Below are positions 1-9,956 of a stretch of DNA of 64,000 nucleotides, piece by piece. Positions within the stretch are counted from its first letter, which is position 1. Every line of letters begins with the position of its first letter. Both the position numbers and the translations under genes were made by a program. The stretch is taken from IMG/VR virus record IMGVR_UViG_3300031555_001748, positions 1 through 64,000 of that record; one strand, 5' to 3'. The stretch is from a virus (taxonomy: Duplodnaviria; Caudoviricetes). The notes below the pieces were generated by a model that was given only the letters and a program-made list of their open reading frames with translations, was not told the origin of the DNA and did not search any database.

Positions 1-1149
1 AAGAAGTAATTATTGACTTTTTCAATGAAAGAGTTGCAGTAATTTTTGAATAAGACATAAGAATAAAGCTTATATTTTAATGGAGGTAACGATATGAGAA
101 CTGAAAAAGAAATCCATGAAAAGTTGGAAGAACTGAAAGCATTGAGAGATACCGACAATTATCGTTGTGATTACGATTATGAAAATGCGGTAGAACTAAA
201 AATCGACATGCTCCAATGGGTACTCAATACCCTATAAAAATCACATTTTAAGTGGAGGAATTATGAATAGAAAAGAAATATTACACGAACTGATGAAAAG
301 ATACTCTTTTGAAAAGGCACATTCTATTAGACAGATTGCAACGGAAGATAGAGAGTTTGAAAACGATGATGTATATATCGTGATGACTAGAACTCTTGAC
401 GGAGATATTTTTAATTGTAAGTGGAAGAATTAACGGAGGAAATTATGGAATATTGGGTTGCATTTAAGAATGGAGAATATGTATGCGGAACTGATGAATT
501 TGGTTATCCGCTACATACAAAAGACAAGAAAAAAGCTTATAGATTTTATGATTTTAATTTGGCAATGAGCAGTTATTTCAATCTTGGTTATGCAATTTTG
601 AAGGAATATGTTTAATCACATAAAACTACCATTTTAGACCATGCGGAGGATTTGCAAATGAAAAAGTATTATGCAGTATGCAACAGCTATTATGACGACG
701 GAAAAGTAATTGCAAACTTGGTTGATGTGATTGAAACGGAGGAAAAGCCAGAGGACACATACAGGGAAACAAGAAGATGTGATGTATATGTGAATTGGTT
801 TGAATCTTATGATGAAGCAATAAAATTTATTAAGGAGTGTAAGGCAGCATAACAAAACATTTACAGGGAGTGACGGAAGATGCTTTTGGTATATAAGAAC
901 CCAAAAACCAAAGAAATCGGAGTTGCTTTTGTTAGCGACAATGATGCGGAAGTTTTAGAAGCTACTGGATATTGTCATTGTAACAAAGAAGATTATATAG
1001 ACGAGAAATCAAACGGAAAATATGTAGAAGTTTGGAAGCCTTGTGAATAAATTTTAATGATTGAACATTGGATGGAAAATTTAATAGACAGAAACAAATA
1101 CTTTCCATCCAGTTTTGAATCATTAAACCAAAACCGAAAGGAATGAAAG

Positions 1150-1638
1150 ATGATGAACAAAATCTTGCAAAAAATATTGCATACTGGGATATGTTTATCA
1201 GTCGGATTTTCTATAGGTTTGAATTTAACAGACGATGTGTCAATCAAAGAAACAAGCGTACACGATGGAAAATATCTTAATAGTGTTTCACAAGTGGAAT
1301 TTTATGACCACATGATACAAGATGTAAACGCAATAGAAATCTATGATACAAGTGAATTGACACCGCAAATCATGGCAAATAGAAATGGAAAAATCATTGT
1401 GGAAAAAATCATTGGCGAAGTTACAAATTATAAATTGGATGGAAAAATCCTTAATTGTAGTGAAGCTGATGGTGGTTACACAAATAAAGATGGTGGAAAT
1501 TATATCAGCTATGAGCGTGTAGAAGGGGCTAAAGAAGGAGATAAAATCGTAACATATTATATCTACAATCCATTCACAAATGTACAAGACGATGTATGGA
1601 CACGCTTAGACTTTATTATTGATGATAATGCAATCTAG
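1150..1638 (+). CDS. Hypothetical protein with N-terminal signal/membrane segment
   Basis: Hydrophobic N-terminus (ILHTGICLSVGFSIGLNL) followed by a soluble domain. Confidence 0.6.
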   Translation: MMNKILQKILHTGICLSVGFSIGLNLTDDVSIKETSVHDGKYLNSVSQVEFYDHMIQDVNAIEIYDTSELTPQIMANRNGKIIVEKIIGEVTNYKLDGKILNCSEADGGYTNKDGGNYISYERVEGAKEGDKIVTYYIYNPFTNVQDDVWTRLDFIIDDNAI

Positions 1639-2282
1639 TATTGCATGGAAAAATATATAAGGAGTGATAATCATGAAAAAACTTTGGTATAATATCTACA
1701 TGGAATGTGTCAAGTATAGCCCATCCATTACGGCAAAGGTTGGTGAAGTTAATCACATTGGAAAAATCAAAAGTGAAGGATTGGCTTATCAAACTTGCAA
1801 AGCTATTCAAGAATCAGTCGGAGAATATTTCAAAGTATATTATAAATAAGGAGTAATGTGTAGTGGGGAAAATTCTAACAGAAAAGCAGTGTCATAATCG
1901 ATTGGAAAAATATTATAAAAAGTACTATGGAGAACTTGATACGGATGAATGGTCTGTTAATCCTGCTGTTAATGTATGGAGATTCGTCCGTGATGGAAAA
2001 ATTATTACTCTTAAATGTCATATGCTTACTGGTGAAGTAACGGAAAATAGCAAGCCTTATATCAAGGGAGTTGATTAAGATGTTAACAGTTGCCATTAGT
2101 CAAGAACCATTAGATTATGACGAACATGGTCATGATGGAGAATATTTTGTTACTGTAAATTGTGACGGAAAAAGATATAAAAAGTATTATACTTATCTTC
2201 CAGAATTTGAAGATGTAAAATCAGATTTTGAAATTTTTAAGGAAGATTTTGAGTTGATAGAGAATTAAATAATATTATAATG

Positions 2283-2310
2283 GGTTGAACGGAAAACTTT
2301 CCGTTCAACC
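2283..2310. repeat. Palindromic hairpin GGTTGAACGGAAA-AC-TTTCCGTTCAACC (copy 1)
   Basis: Perfect 13-bp inverted repeat. A related copy is at 2754-2781 and a half copy at 12030-12044. Confidence 0.85.
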
Positions 2311-2349
2311 TATAACAAAATAAATTTTTAGAAAATTAAAAAAACATAC

Positions 2350-2380
2350 TTGACAAATAGCAAATTATATGGTATAATAT
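2350..2380 (+). promoter_or_regulatory. sigma-A-type promoter
   Basis: TTGACA at 2350, an A-rich UP region, and TG-TATATAAT in the -10 region. Confidence 0.7.
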
Positions 2381-2435
2381 CATTGTAAGGTAAGAGGTAA
2401 CAATATATCGAATAAAATAACAGGAGGTAGTTAAA

Positions 2436-2732
2436 ATGAATGTAAACGGCTACGAAACAAAAACAACTTTCTGGCAGGATTTTTCTATCGCTGATATGTT
2501 TGGTACTGATGCAGTAAAAGACACTTACAATCGTGCTTTCAATGGATGGAAGGACAATCATATTTATCTTACCGAATTAGTCATGGTGCTTAATTGGAAG
2601 GTTTGGCAACACTATGAAAATAATGAACCACTTGCAAGAGTATATCAAGAACTTTGGCAGAAGGCAGATTATTACGCTTGCAATAATCTTGTAGGCGAAG
2701 AAATGGAATATTTCTTTAGAGTAACAGATTAA
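2436..2732 (+). CDS. Small hypothetical phage protein (98 aa) with its own promoter
   Basis: GGAGG RBS and an aromatic-rich helical sequence (TTFWQDFSIAD...LTELVMVLNWK). Confidence 0.75.
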   Translation: MNVNGYETKTTFWQDFSIADMFGTDAVKDTYNRAFNGWKDNHIYLTELVMVLNWKVWQHYENNEPLARVYQELWQKADYYACNNLVGEEMEYFFRVTD

Positions 2733-2753
2733 GACATAAAAGTATAAAGAATA

Positions 2754-2781
2754 GGTTAAACGGAAAATCTTCCGTTTAACC
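2754..2781. repeat. Palindromic hairpin GGTTAAACGGAA-AATC-TTCCGTTTAACC (copy 2)
   Basis: Perfect 12-bp inverted repeat related to 2283-2310, with a compensatory G-C to A-T change. Confidence 0.85.
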
Positions 2782-4459
2782 ATACATAGAAAGAAGGTTA
2801 TTATGCTTCAATTGGTATCGCATGAAGAACGCAAGAATAAATGCTGTCATTACTGTGATACATGGGTAGCTGTTAAGTATAAAATCCATACAGACGAACT
2901 TGACAGAGTGTATTACGGAATGAATGGTTATGTGTACTGTTGTAAGAAGTGTGCTGATAGACATTATATCGGAGATAAGGATTAAGTGGAGGATTTAAGT
3001 ATGAAGTATACAGTAAAGCAGTATTTCAATGGAATCCATTGGGATGACAGTTACACGGATAAAAAGGCAGAAGCAGAAGAATGGAAAGTATATATGGAAA
3101 ATAAAAATCGCTCTATTTGGAATAGGGTGAATTGGGATGCATTGGAATGGTTTATTGAATATTTTAAGATTGCAGATGTGGAAAGCATTGAAATCAAAGT
3201 GAAAATTGTAGAAAACTAAAAGAATTTTTAAGTGGTGTATGGAGGATTTAAGTATGAACGAAAGACTGATTGCACTGTATAAGGAAATCGATACTATTCT
3301 GAATAATTCTCCTTGGATGGAAGATTGTACGGAAGAAGAAAACAGAATGTATTCTGACATGGCAAATCTAAAAGAATCCATGTTTGATGCAGGATACGGA
3401 TGTTAAAAATGTAATTTTATGAGGTAGCAATTATGCGAGTGAGTACAGAAACAACCTATTGTGATAAATGTGGGGAAGAAATTCCAAAGGTTAAGAAGAA
3501 AGACAATAAGGAAATTGATAAAATCAAAAGAAAATGCCACAGACTTGGTATGGATTTATGTGACAAATGTGCAGAAAATATCCTTATCAAACGACGATTT
3601 TAATGGAGGAAAATTTGCTATGACAACATATAAAGTATTAGAATTAAAAGTTGGTCAAAAGGTATCGACAGTATATGGAAATAAAGTTGAAGTGTTGTCT
3701 GTAAATGAAGATACTTCATGGAGAAAATATTATGGACTTCCAATTCCTAGCGTAAGATGTAAAACTAGTGATGGATGGATTCTGGAACTTTATCCGCATG
3801 AATTAGTATGAGGTAGAATTATGAGCTTTACTAGCAATCTAAATTGGCGAAATGAAAATTTGAAATGTTATTTTTGTGGAGAAACAAAAAGTGTAAAGTA
3901 TAAAACAACGCTTATTGTTATTGATTCTTTCCCATATGATGAAGATGCTGAAAGGGAAGTATGTATTTGTAATAAGTGTGCATTACGGATGATTGGTACT
4001 ATGACTAGAAATGAAATGATAAACTTTATTAAAAGGTATCACAATATTCCTATTACACACGATTTATTTGATGCAGATGAATATATCTATTCCGATATTG
4101 ACGGATTGATTTGGGATGAGCATGGGTATATATTTGAAGATTGGAGTAGCGTTACAGATAGATGGACTGGTGCAAACGGAATTAGAATGAGAACTGGTGG
4201 CAGTTGGGAAAATGGTTGGCATTTAAAAGAGTGATTTTAGACGGAGAATTCATATTTTTAAATATTAAATTTATTTGACGAGGTTACATATGAAGGTTTG
4301 GATAGTTATTGAATACAATGATTATGTTGCTGATTGCATTGTCGGAGTTTTTGATAGCGAAGAAAAGGCATTGAAGTCACGCAACGAATCCCCTGTATGG
4401 AGATATATAAAAGAGTGTGAAGTTGAATAAAAAAATATGGAAAATTTTCTGAAAACTAC

Positions 4460-4488
4460 TTGACAAATGGAAATTATTGTGATATAAT
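4460..4488 (+). promoter_or_regulatory. Consensus sigma-A promoter
   Basis: TTGACA-N17-TATAAT; 36 bp are identical to 12784-12819. Confidence 0.9.
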
Positions 4489-6154
4489 ATTATCGTAAGG
4501 TAAGGAAAGGAGTTAGGTTATGACACACGAACTGTTCAATTATCTCAAATCTTTTATGCTTGAAAGTGGATGGCACGATGGAAATACGGCAAGGCAAGCT
4601 AGAGCAATCTTTACAACTATTTGTTTCGTAGGGAATATCGATGCAGATACGGCAAAATGCGACAACATGCTTCATACTCTTTACAATGAAACTGGCATGG
4701 AAGATTTTGTGGAGTACGATGATTTTGAATCTTTTATGATTGAACTGATTGTTTGATAAAAACACAATTTTATATGGAGGAAAATAGTTATGATTAAGTT
4801 TAAGACTATCAATGTAGACGGAATGGAAATTGAAAGAGAGTTTACGATGGAAGATTTTAAGAACGATTGGTTCTCCGATAATTGTTCCCTTCCTATGTGT
4901 GACGATGAAGTTATCTATGCAGAGATTAACGGAAAGAAAATTGAAGCAAAGGTTTTTGAAGATGTTGCTCACGCAGTAGGTGTAAATTAAAAACAAGATT
5001 TTAAGAGGTAATATTATATGGAGAAACTGAGAGTAATAGCAGAGTGCATAGTTGGAGCATTGAACTATTGTGGTTTTAATGATGTTACCGATAGTAGTGG
5101 GTATCATGTCATTAAAGAATTTGCAGACGGAACAGACAGGGCAGTTGATGTATATAAATCCAACGAAGATGGTAATCCGCATTATGTAATTTATTGTTCT
5201 TATGAGGATGAAGATGCTGATTTCATGTATACTGATGATTTGTCTGTGGAGCAGTTGGAAAGTAAGTTGGAAGAATTTTATATGGCTTAAAGGAGGATTA
5301 ATTATGACTATTCAGGATTTGATTGACCAGTTTGAAATCCAAGGTGCATATTGTATTAAAAGATGGAGAGATGATTGGGATGATTATGCTAAGTTTGCAG
5401 AGGGTAAGGACTTTGAATGTGAAAAGTGGGAATTGAAAGAGGATTGCTTAAATTCTAAGATTAGTTATATGTATGCAATTGATGGTGTATTGCATATCGA
5501 ACTCGAATGGGATTAAGGTGGTTGTATGTCTTTGATTGAAGCATTGACAGAAGAACAAACAACCATTATTTGCAGAAGTTTGGGCGAAAACTATCCTATG
5601 GAAGAGTGTATTAAAGATATTGATTTGATTGCTGATTTGACAGAGCTTAAAATTAGGTTAAAGAGGTAAATGTATATGGAGACTATGTATGAACGTGTTA
5701 AGCGAATGACCGAAGATGAAATGAGAAACTTTGTTTATTGGGTCTATCTTAATGGTAAGGAAGATGGCGAGATTGGTTATTGTGATAGCGAAGCTGGATA
5801 TTTCGGTGGTCATATGCTTACTCTTCCTGTTAATGAAGTTATGCCTAACGATGCAGTAGACGATTTGTGGGACGTTTTTGAAAAGATTTTTTATGGGAAC
5901 AGCAAATAAAATCTGGATTTTAGATGGAGGATATTAATATGAATAAGTACCAGAGAGCAAAGGAAAGAGCTAGAGATAAGGCTGTAGAGTGGCAGATGGA
6001 CTTCTGTAACCAGAATTATTCCTATGGAGAGTTGGCGTATTGGGGAGATTATTTTCGTGGCTTAGCGAAGCGGTGTGGGCTTGTGAGAGAGTTTAAAGAG
6101 AATGGTATTATTTAATATTATAAAATAAATTTTTAGAAAATTACAAAAAAACTC

Positions 6155-6183
6155 TTGACAAACTAATAAAGTTATAGTATAAT
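6155..6183 (+). promoter_or_regulatory. Consensus sigma-A promoter of tRNA cluster 1
   Basis: TTGACA-N17-TATAAT, 25 nt upstream of tRNA-Leu. Confidence 0.9.
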
Positions 6184-6208
6184 ACATTTGTGGTTGGGAG
6201 ATAAATAT

Positions 6209-6295
6209 GCTGGTGTGTTGGAATCGGTAGACAAATCGGACTTAAAATCCGCTGATAGAAATATCGTGTGGGTTCAAATCCCATCACCAGCACCA
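6209..6295 (+). tRNA. trnL: tRNA-Leu(TAA)
   Basis: Cloverleaf, anticodon loop CTTAAAA, long variable arm, GTTCAAAT T-loop, encoded CCA. Confidence 0.93.
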
Positions 6296-6331
6296 TATTA
6301 GGATTGCCGTCCTAATAACATACTTTCCCTT

Positions 6332-6392
6332 GACTTGTGCCAAGCGCACCGTCCAAATGCGGAATGGACGTAAAACCGACAACGGACAAGTC
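6332..6392 (+). ncRNA. Candidate small structured RNA (four-way junction) between tRNAs
   Basis: Closing stem GACTT/AAGTC encloses the hairpins GTGC/GCAC, GTCCA/TGGAC and CCG/CGG. Confidence 0.35.
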
Positions 6393-6425
6393 TTCCTTAT
6401 GGTAAAACCGAGAAGCATTAAATAT

Positions 6426-6519
6426 GCTGTGTTACTTTAATGGTAGAAGAGCGGTCTTATAAACCGTATTAGCGACAGATTATCGCATAATCTGGGTTCG
6501 AGTCCCAGACACAGCACCA
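6426..6519 (+). tRNA. trnI: tRNA-Ile(TAT) with an atypical 24-nt variable arm
   Basis: 7-bp acceptor GCTGTGT/ACACAGC, anticodon loop CTTATAA, T-arm CTGGG-TTCGAGT-CCCAG, CCA end. Confidence 0.85.
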
Positions 6520-6522
6520 TAT

Positions 6523-6598
6523 GTCCCCATAGCTCAGTTGGTAGAGCAACGCCCTTTTAAGGCGTGGGTCAAGAGTTCGAGCCTCTTTGGGGACACCA
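6523..6598 (+). tRNA. trnK: tRNA-Lys(TTT)
   Basis: Canonical 76-nt cloverleaf, loop CTTTTAA, CCA. Confidence 0.95.
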
Positions 6599-6605
6599 AA
6601 ACATG

Positions 6606-6642
6606 AAGCGCAGAGAAGTAAATAAATTCTCTGCGCTTTTTT
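6606..6642 (+). terminator. Rho-independent terminator after tRNA cluster 1
   Basis: GCGCAGAGAA/TTCTCTGCGC stem followed by TTTTTT. Confidence 0.9.
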
Positions 6643-6660
6643 GCTAAAGAATAAAGCTAC

Positions 6661-6689
6661 TTGACAGAATAGTTTTTATGTGATATAAT
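6661..6689 (+). promoter_or_regulatory. Consensus sigma-A promoter
   Basis: TTGACA-N17-TATAAT. Confidence 0.88.
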
Positions 6690-6727
6690 ATAATTGAAGA
6701 TAAGGGATAGATACTAAATAAAAGGAA

Positions 6728-7066
6728 GTGTTTACAATGAGAGAACTACAAATGAATGTGTTTGAAACGGAAGGTTATGCAGTTACAGTAGAAATTGAAG
6801 GTAGTTTGGAAGATTATGCAAAGAATCTTCTTCATATCTTCAATAATGTAAGAGAAAGTAGAGAATTATTAAAGGTTAAAAATTACAACAATAGTAATGA
6901 TGTAACGGTTTATTGTGAATTAGATTCAAAAGAAGCATTAATTAAATATCTAAAGATGTTTGGTGAAATCAAGAATTGTGAGAAAGTTTTGATATATCAA
7001 ATGGAAGAACCAGAATATGACCTTGATAAGTATGGTGATGTAATAATTGTTCCATATTTTGATTGA
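6728..7066 (+). CDS. Hypothetical protein
   Basis: ORF downstream of the promoter at 6661 with an AAGGA RBS. Confidence 0.6.
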   Translation: MFTMRELQMNVFETEGYAVTVEIEGSLEDYAKNLLHIFNNVRESRELLKVKNYNNSNDVTVYCELDSKEALIKYLKMFGEIKNCEKVLIYQMEEPEYDLDKYGDVIIVPYFD

Positions 7067-7304
7067 GAGCGGTTTGCCCGCTTGAAAATATAAGAAATAA
7101 ATTTATAAAAGTAATATTAATTCACAAGGAGGTAATTAAAATGGTTGTTCTATTATTGGTTATCATTGCAAGCGTATTACTGTTTGGTAAAGAAGAAACA
7201 AAATCTACGATTGGCGCAATTTTAGCAACCCTTGTTATCCTTGGATTGATTGGAATGTTACTTTAAAATCAACTGTTAAATGTATACTGTCAGGAGTTGA
7301 TATC

Positions 7305-7628
7305 ATGCCTTATAAGAGCGAGAAGATTAAATTGAAAGGCTTACAGGACAGACGTAAGCGACTTACAGACGAGCAGAGGGTGGAGATTAAAGAACTATAT
7401 GGTACTGGTTTTTATAGCTTAAATGACCTTGCTAAGAAGTTTGAAGTAAGTAAGAAATCAATTCTCTTGGTTGTAAATGAAGAAAGTGCTGCAAGAGCAA
7501 AGCAGTACCGTAAAGAGCATTGGCGTGAGTGGCAACGAAAAGGCGAAGAACACAACAAAGCAATTAGTAATACACGCAAGTATAAACAAAAGTTATACAA
7601 AGAGGGTAAGTTAAAAGAAGATGAATGA
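7305..7628 (+). CDS. Helix-turn-helix DNA-binding protein
   Basis: LTDEQRVEIKELY...SLNDLAKKFEVSKKSI is an HTH-like segment; the protein is basic. Confidence 0.65.
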   Translation: MPYKSEKIKLKGLQDRRKRLTDEQRVEIKELYGTGFYSLNDLAKKFEVSKKSILLVVNEESAARAKQYRKEHWREWQRKGEEHNKAISNTRKYKQKLYKEGKLKEDE

Positions 7629-8082
7629 TTTTAATATTAGTGTAGTTGTTGAGCATGGTTATCCACATTATAAAATTGTCGATGTGAACACTGGAATTGT
7701 AATTCATTGTGATATGAACGAATTAAACAGAGCTATCGAAGAACTTTCGCATAATAATTAGGAGGTAATTATAATGAGTTATACAAGAAGTGTTGGAGAT
7801 ATCACGGTGTTTGTTGATTGTGTAAGCAATCCAGAAGCAACTTATGAAGAGTATTATAAGGACATCGAACAGAAGATTTTAACTGATGGGTATAGCCCTG
7901 AAACCACGATGGACAACTTGATTAAGAATATCATTTTAATTTTTGATTGTGATGATAATTATGGTGAATATGATGAAGAAACTGGATTCGGTGGGTATGG
8001 TGAAGAATTTACTTTAGAAGAATGTTTCCGATATGTAGAAGAATCTGGTGGGTATAGAGAGTTTGATTATTACTGTTAAAAT

Positions 8083-8100
8083 GCTTGTCATATGACAAGC
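8083..8100. promoter_or_regulatory. Perfect 18-bp palindrome GCTTGTCATATGACAAGC (operator or terminator candidate)
   Basis: Lies just upstream of TTGACA (8118) and ORF 8150. Confidence 0.5.
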
Positions 8101-8149
8101 GAAGTGTTAAAATATAGTTGACAAAAAGATAATTAAAAGTTTGGAGTGA

Positions 8150-8542
8150 TTGCTAATGGGTGGTTATATTAAAAGAGATGTACAGCGAGTGGAAACAACC
8201 GCTTTGAATCAGAAGATTAACAAGGAAGTGTTTGATGATTTTAAGGATTATTGCAAGGAACTTGGTTATCCAATGAATGTGATGCTTGAAACATTTATGC
8301 GACAATATGCTAGTGGAAAATTCAAGTTAAATGAAGATGATATTTTAAAATTCAAAAATGATGGTAAAGAAGTAGATACTTTGAATACTACCTTCAACAA
8401 AGAAATTTATCTTGATTTTAAATCTGCTTGTAAATTCAATGGATATTTTGTTAAGCATGTTATTACAGCTTTCATGGAGAAATTCGCAACCAGAAATCTT
8501 ATCTTAGAATATGTAAATATTGCGGAAGTAAATGAGAATTAA
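8150..8542 (+). CDS. Tandem ribbon-helix-helix-like regulator
   Basis: Two internal repeats: LNQKINKEVFDDFKDYCKELGYPMNVMLETFM and LNTTFNKEIYLDFKSACKFNGYFVKHVITAFM. Confidence 0.6.
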   Translation: MLMGGYIKRDVQRVETTALNQKINKEVFDDFKDYCKELGYPMNVMLETFMRQYASGKFKLNEDDILKFKNDGKEVDTLNTTFNKEIYLDFKSACKFNGYFVKHVITAFMEKFATRNLILEYVNIAEVNEN

Positions 8543-8551
8543 TATGAGGGA

Positions 8552-8965
8552 TTGATAAATATGTTACACGGATTGTTCATCGCATCTCTTATTGGTACTT
8601 GTGTACAGATATATAAAGAATCTAATGCTCCAACAATTCCTGCTGAGAACTGGGCAAACAAAGAACTTTACCATAAAGATATTATGAACGGCGTTCCTGT
8701 TGAGCAGCGTATGAAAAATCTTAAAAATGGAAAGTATAAGACAAAAGAAGCTTACCCAGAATCATCTATCAAACCGCATAGAACGGCAGATGGAAGAATT
8801 ATTATTGAAAATAATTTACTGTACAAAGAAGATTTGAAAAAATATGGTGCATATCAAACATACAAATGGGTTGAGCAGGGTAAATACAACTTAACTCCAG
8901 AAGAATTAAAGAAAGAGCATGAACGTCTTAAGGCTAAGAGGGAGCATCGATACAGCTTGCTATAG
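8552..8965 (+). CDS. Hypothetical membrane-anchored protein
   Basis: N-terminal hydrophobic helix. A hairpin ATAGGCGAGATG/CATCTTGCCTAT follows at about 8962-8989. Confidence 0.55.
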   Translation: MINMLHGLFIASLIGTCVQIYKESNAPTIPAENWANKELYHKDIMNGVPVEQRMKNLKNGKYKTKEAYPESSIKPHRTADGRIIIENNLLYKEDLKKYGAYQTYKWVEQGKYNLTPEELKKEHERLKAKREHRYSLL

Positions 8966-9019
8966 GCGAGATGAAAACATCTTGCCTATAGAAAATGAAT
9001 ATTTTTTCTATATAACTAC

Positions 9020-9047
9020 TTGACAAATGGAAAAAATATGATATAAT
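9020..9047 (+). promoter_or_regulatory. sigma-A promoter for the recombinase operon
   Basis: TTGACA-N16-TATAAT; shares CTACTTGACAAATGGAAA with the 4460 and 12788 promoters. Confidence 0.8.
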
Positions 9048-9074
9048 AAATATGTAAAGATAGAAGGTAGGGGA

Positions 9075-9872
9075 GTGATAACGATGGCAGCATTACCTGT
9101 TCGCAAACTAGAAACTAATAATGTTATAAAACTTTCTATCGTGAATGGAAAATTATCCAAAAAATCAGAAGTTGAATATAACAAAAATGATAGTATTGAT
9201 AAGCGACAAACTAATAAGGTTGCTGGTGTATCCTCCGAGGTATATCCATTTACCACACATGAAGAAATTAAAGCGATAATTGATGTGTTTAATAAGCACA
9301 TTTGCGAGGCAACAAACGATAATCAAAGACAGATTGCCTGTCGTAATAAAATGATGTTCTTAATCGGCATTAATATCTCTCTTCGTGCATCGGATTTGAT
9401 TACTCTTAAATGGAACTTTTTCTTCGATAATAACGGAGAGTTTAAAGACTTCTATGTTTTGCAACCAAAAAAACAAAGAAAGCAAAAGAAATTTGTTAAA
9501 TTATTTTTTAATCAGGCAGTAAAGAAAGCGGTTACTGACTATATAGAAGAGTATCCCATTCAAGACATGAACGAATATTTGTTCAAATCCAGAAAGGGTG
9601 ATGGTGCAATTAATGAAAAGTCATTATGGAGAATTGTTGTTAATGTTGCCGCTGAAGCTGGGATTAAAAAAAATGTAGGGTCACATTCACTTCGTAAGAC
9701 TTTTGGTTTTTGGGCATGGCATAATGCGGCAGACAAGAATAAAGCTTTGGTCACTTTGCAGATGTTATTCAATCATTCGGACACACAAACAACGCTTCGT
9801 TACATCGGTTTGCTAAGTTCTGAAATTGAAGATATGTTTAATAGCGTTGATTTGGGATTGGAATATATTTGA
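9075..9872 (+). CDS. Tyrosine recombinase (catalytic-domain type, catalytic set intact)
   Basis: R in ISLRASDL, HSLRKTF (HxxR), NHS and TLRYIG (Tyr nucleophile). There is no long N-terminal arm-binding domain. Confidence 0.93.
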   Translation: MITMAALPVRKLETNNVIKLSIVNGKLSKKSEVEYNKNDSIDKRQTNKVAGVSSEVYPFTTHEEIKAIIDVFNKHICEATNDNQRQIACRNKMMFLIGINISLRASDLITLKWNFFFDNNGEFKDFYVLQPKKQRKQKKFVKLFFNQAVKKAVTDYIEEYPIQDMNEYLFKSRKGDGAINEKSLWRIVVNVAAEAGIKKNVGSHSLRKTFGFWAWHNAADKNKALVTLQMLFNHSDTQTTLRYIGLLSSEIEDMFNSVDLGLEYI

Positions 9873-9956
9873 TATATTGATTTAGTATAAAATTACTTGT
9901 AGAATAAGAAAGGAAAACGGTGGTTTATAATGTAGTACAAAATAAATTAAACTGAG

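Larger units (their letters stand above)
94..6115 (+). other. Cluster of about 20 small co-oriented hypothetical phage ORFs (early/accessory region)
   Basis: Head-to-tail + ORFs with GGAGG/GAGG RBS, e.g. 94-237, 421-615, 652-852, 1664-1849, 1863-2078, 2071-2268, 2803-2985, 3001-3219, 3433-3603, about 3619-3811, 3821-4234, 4520-4756, 4790-4990, 5018-5290, about 5304-5516, 5670-5909, 5924-6115. No recognisable function. Confidence 0.75.

Noticed and set aside
2987-3258. 19-bp direct repeat TGGAGGATTTAAGTATGAA flanking ORF 3001-3219
   Set aside because: It consists mostly of RBS and start codon, so shared translation signals or a local duplication explain it.
3461-3811. ORF as given in the track
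   Set aside because: It is better explained as two genes: 3433-3603 (Zn finger, different frame) and about 3619-3811, each with its own RBS.
9075-9872. Prophage integrase with an adjacent att site
   Set aside because: Phage-like genes continue on both sides and no host junction or att repeat is visible.
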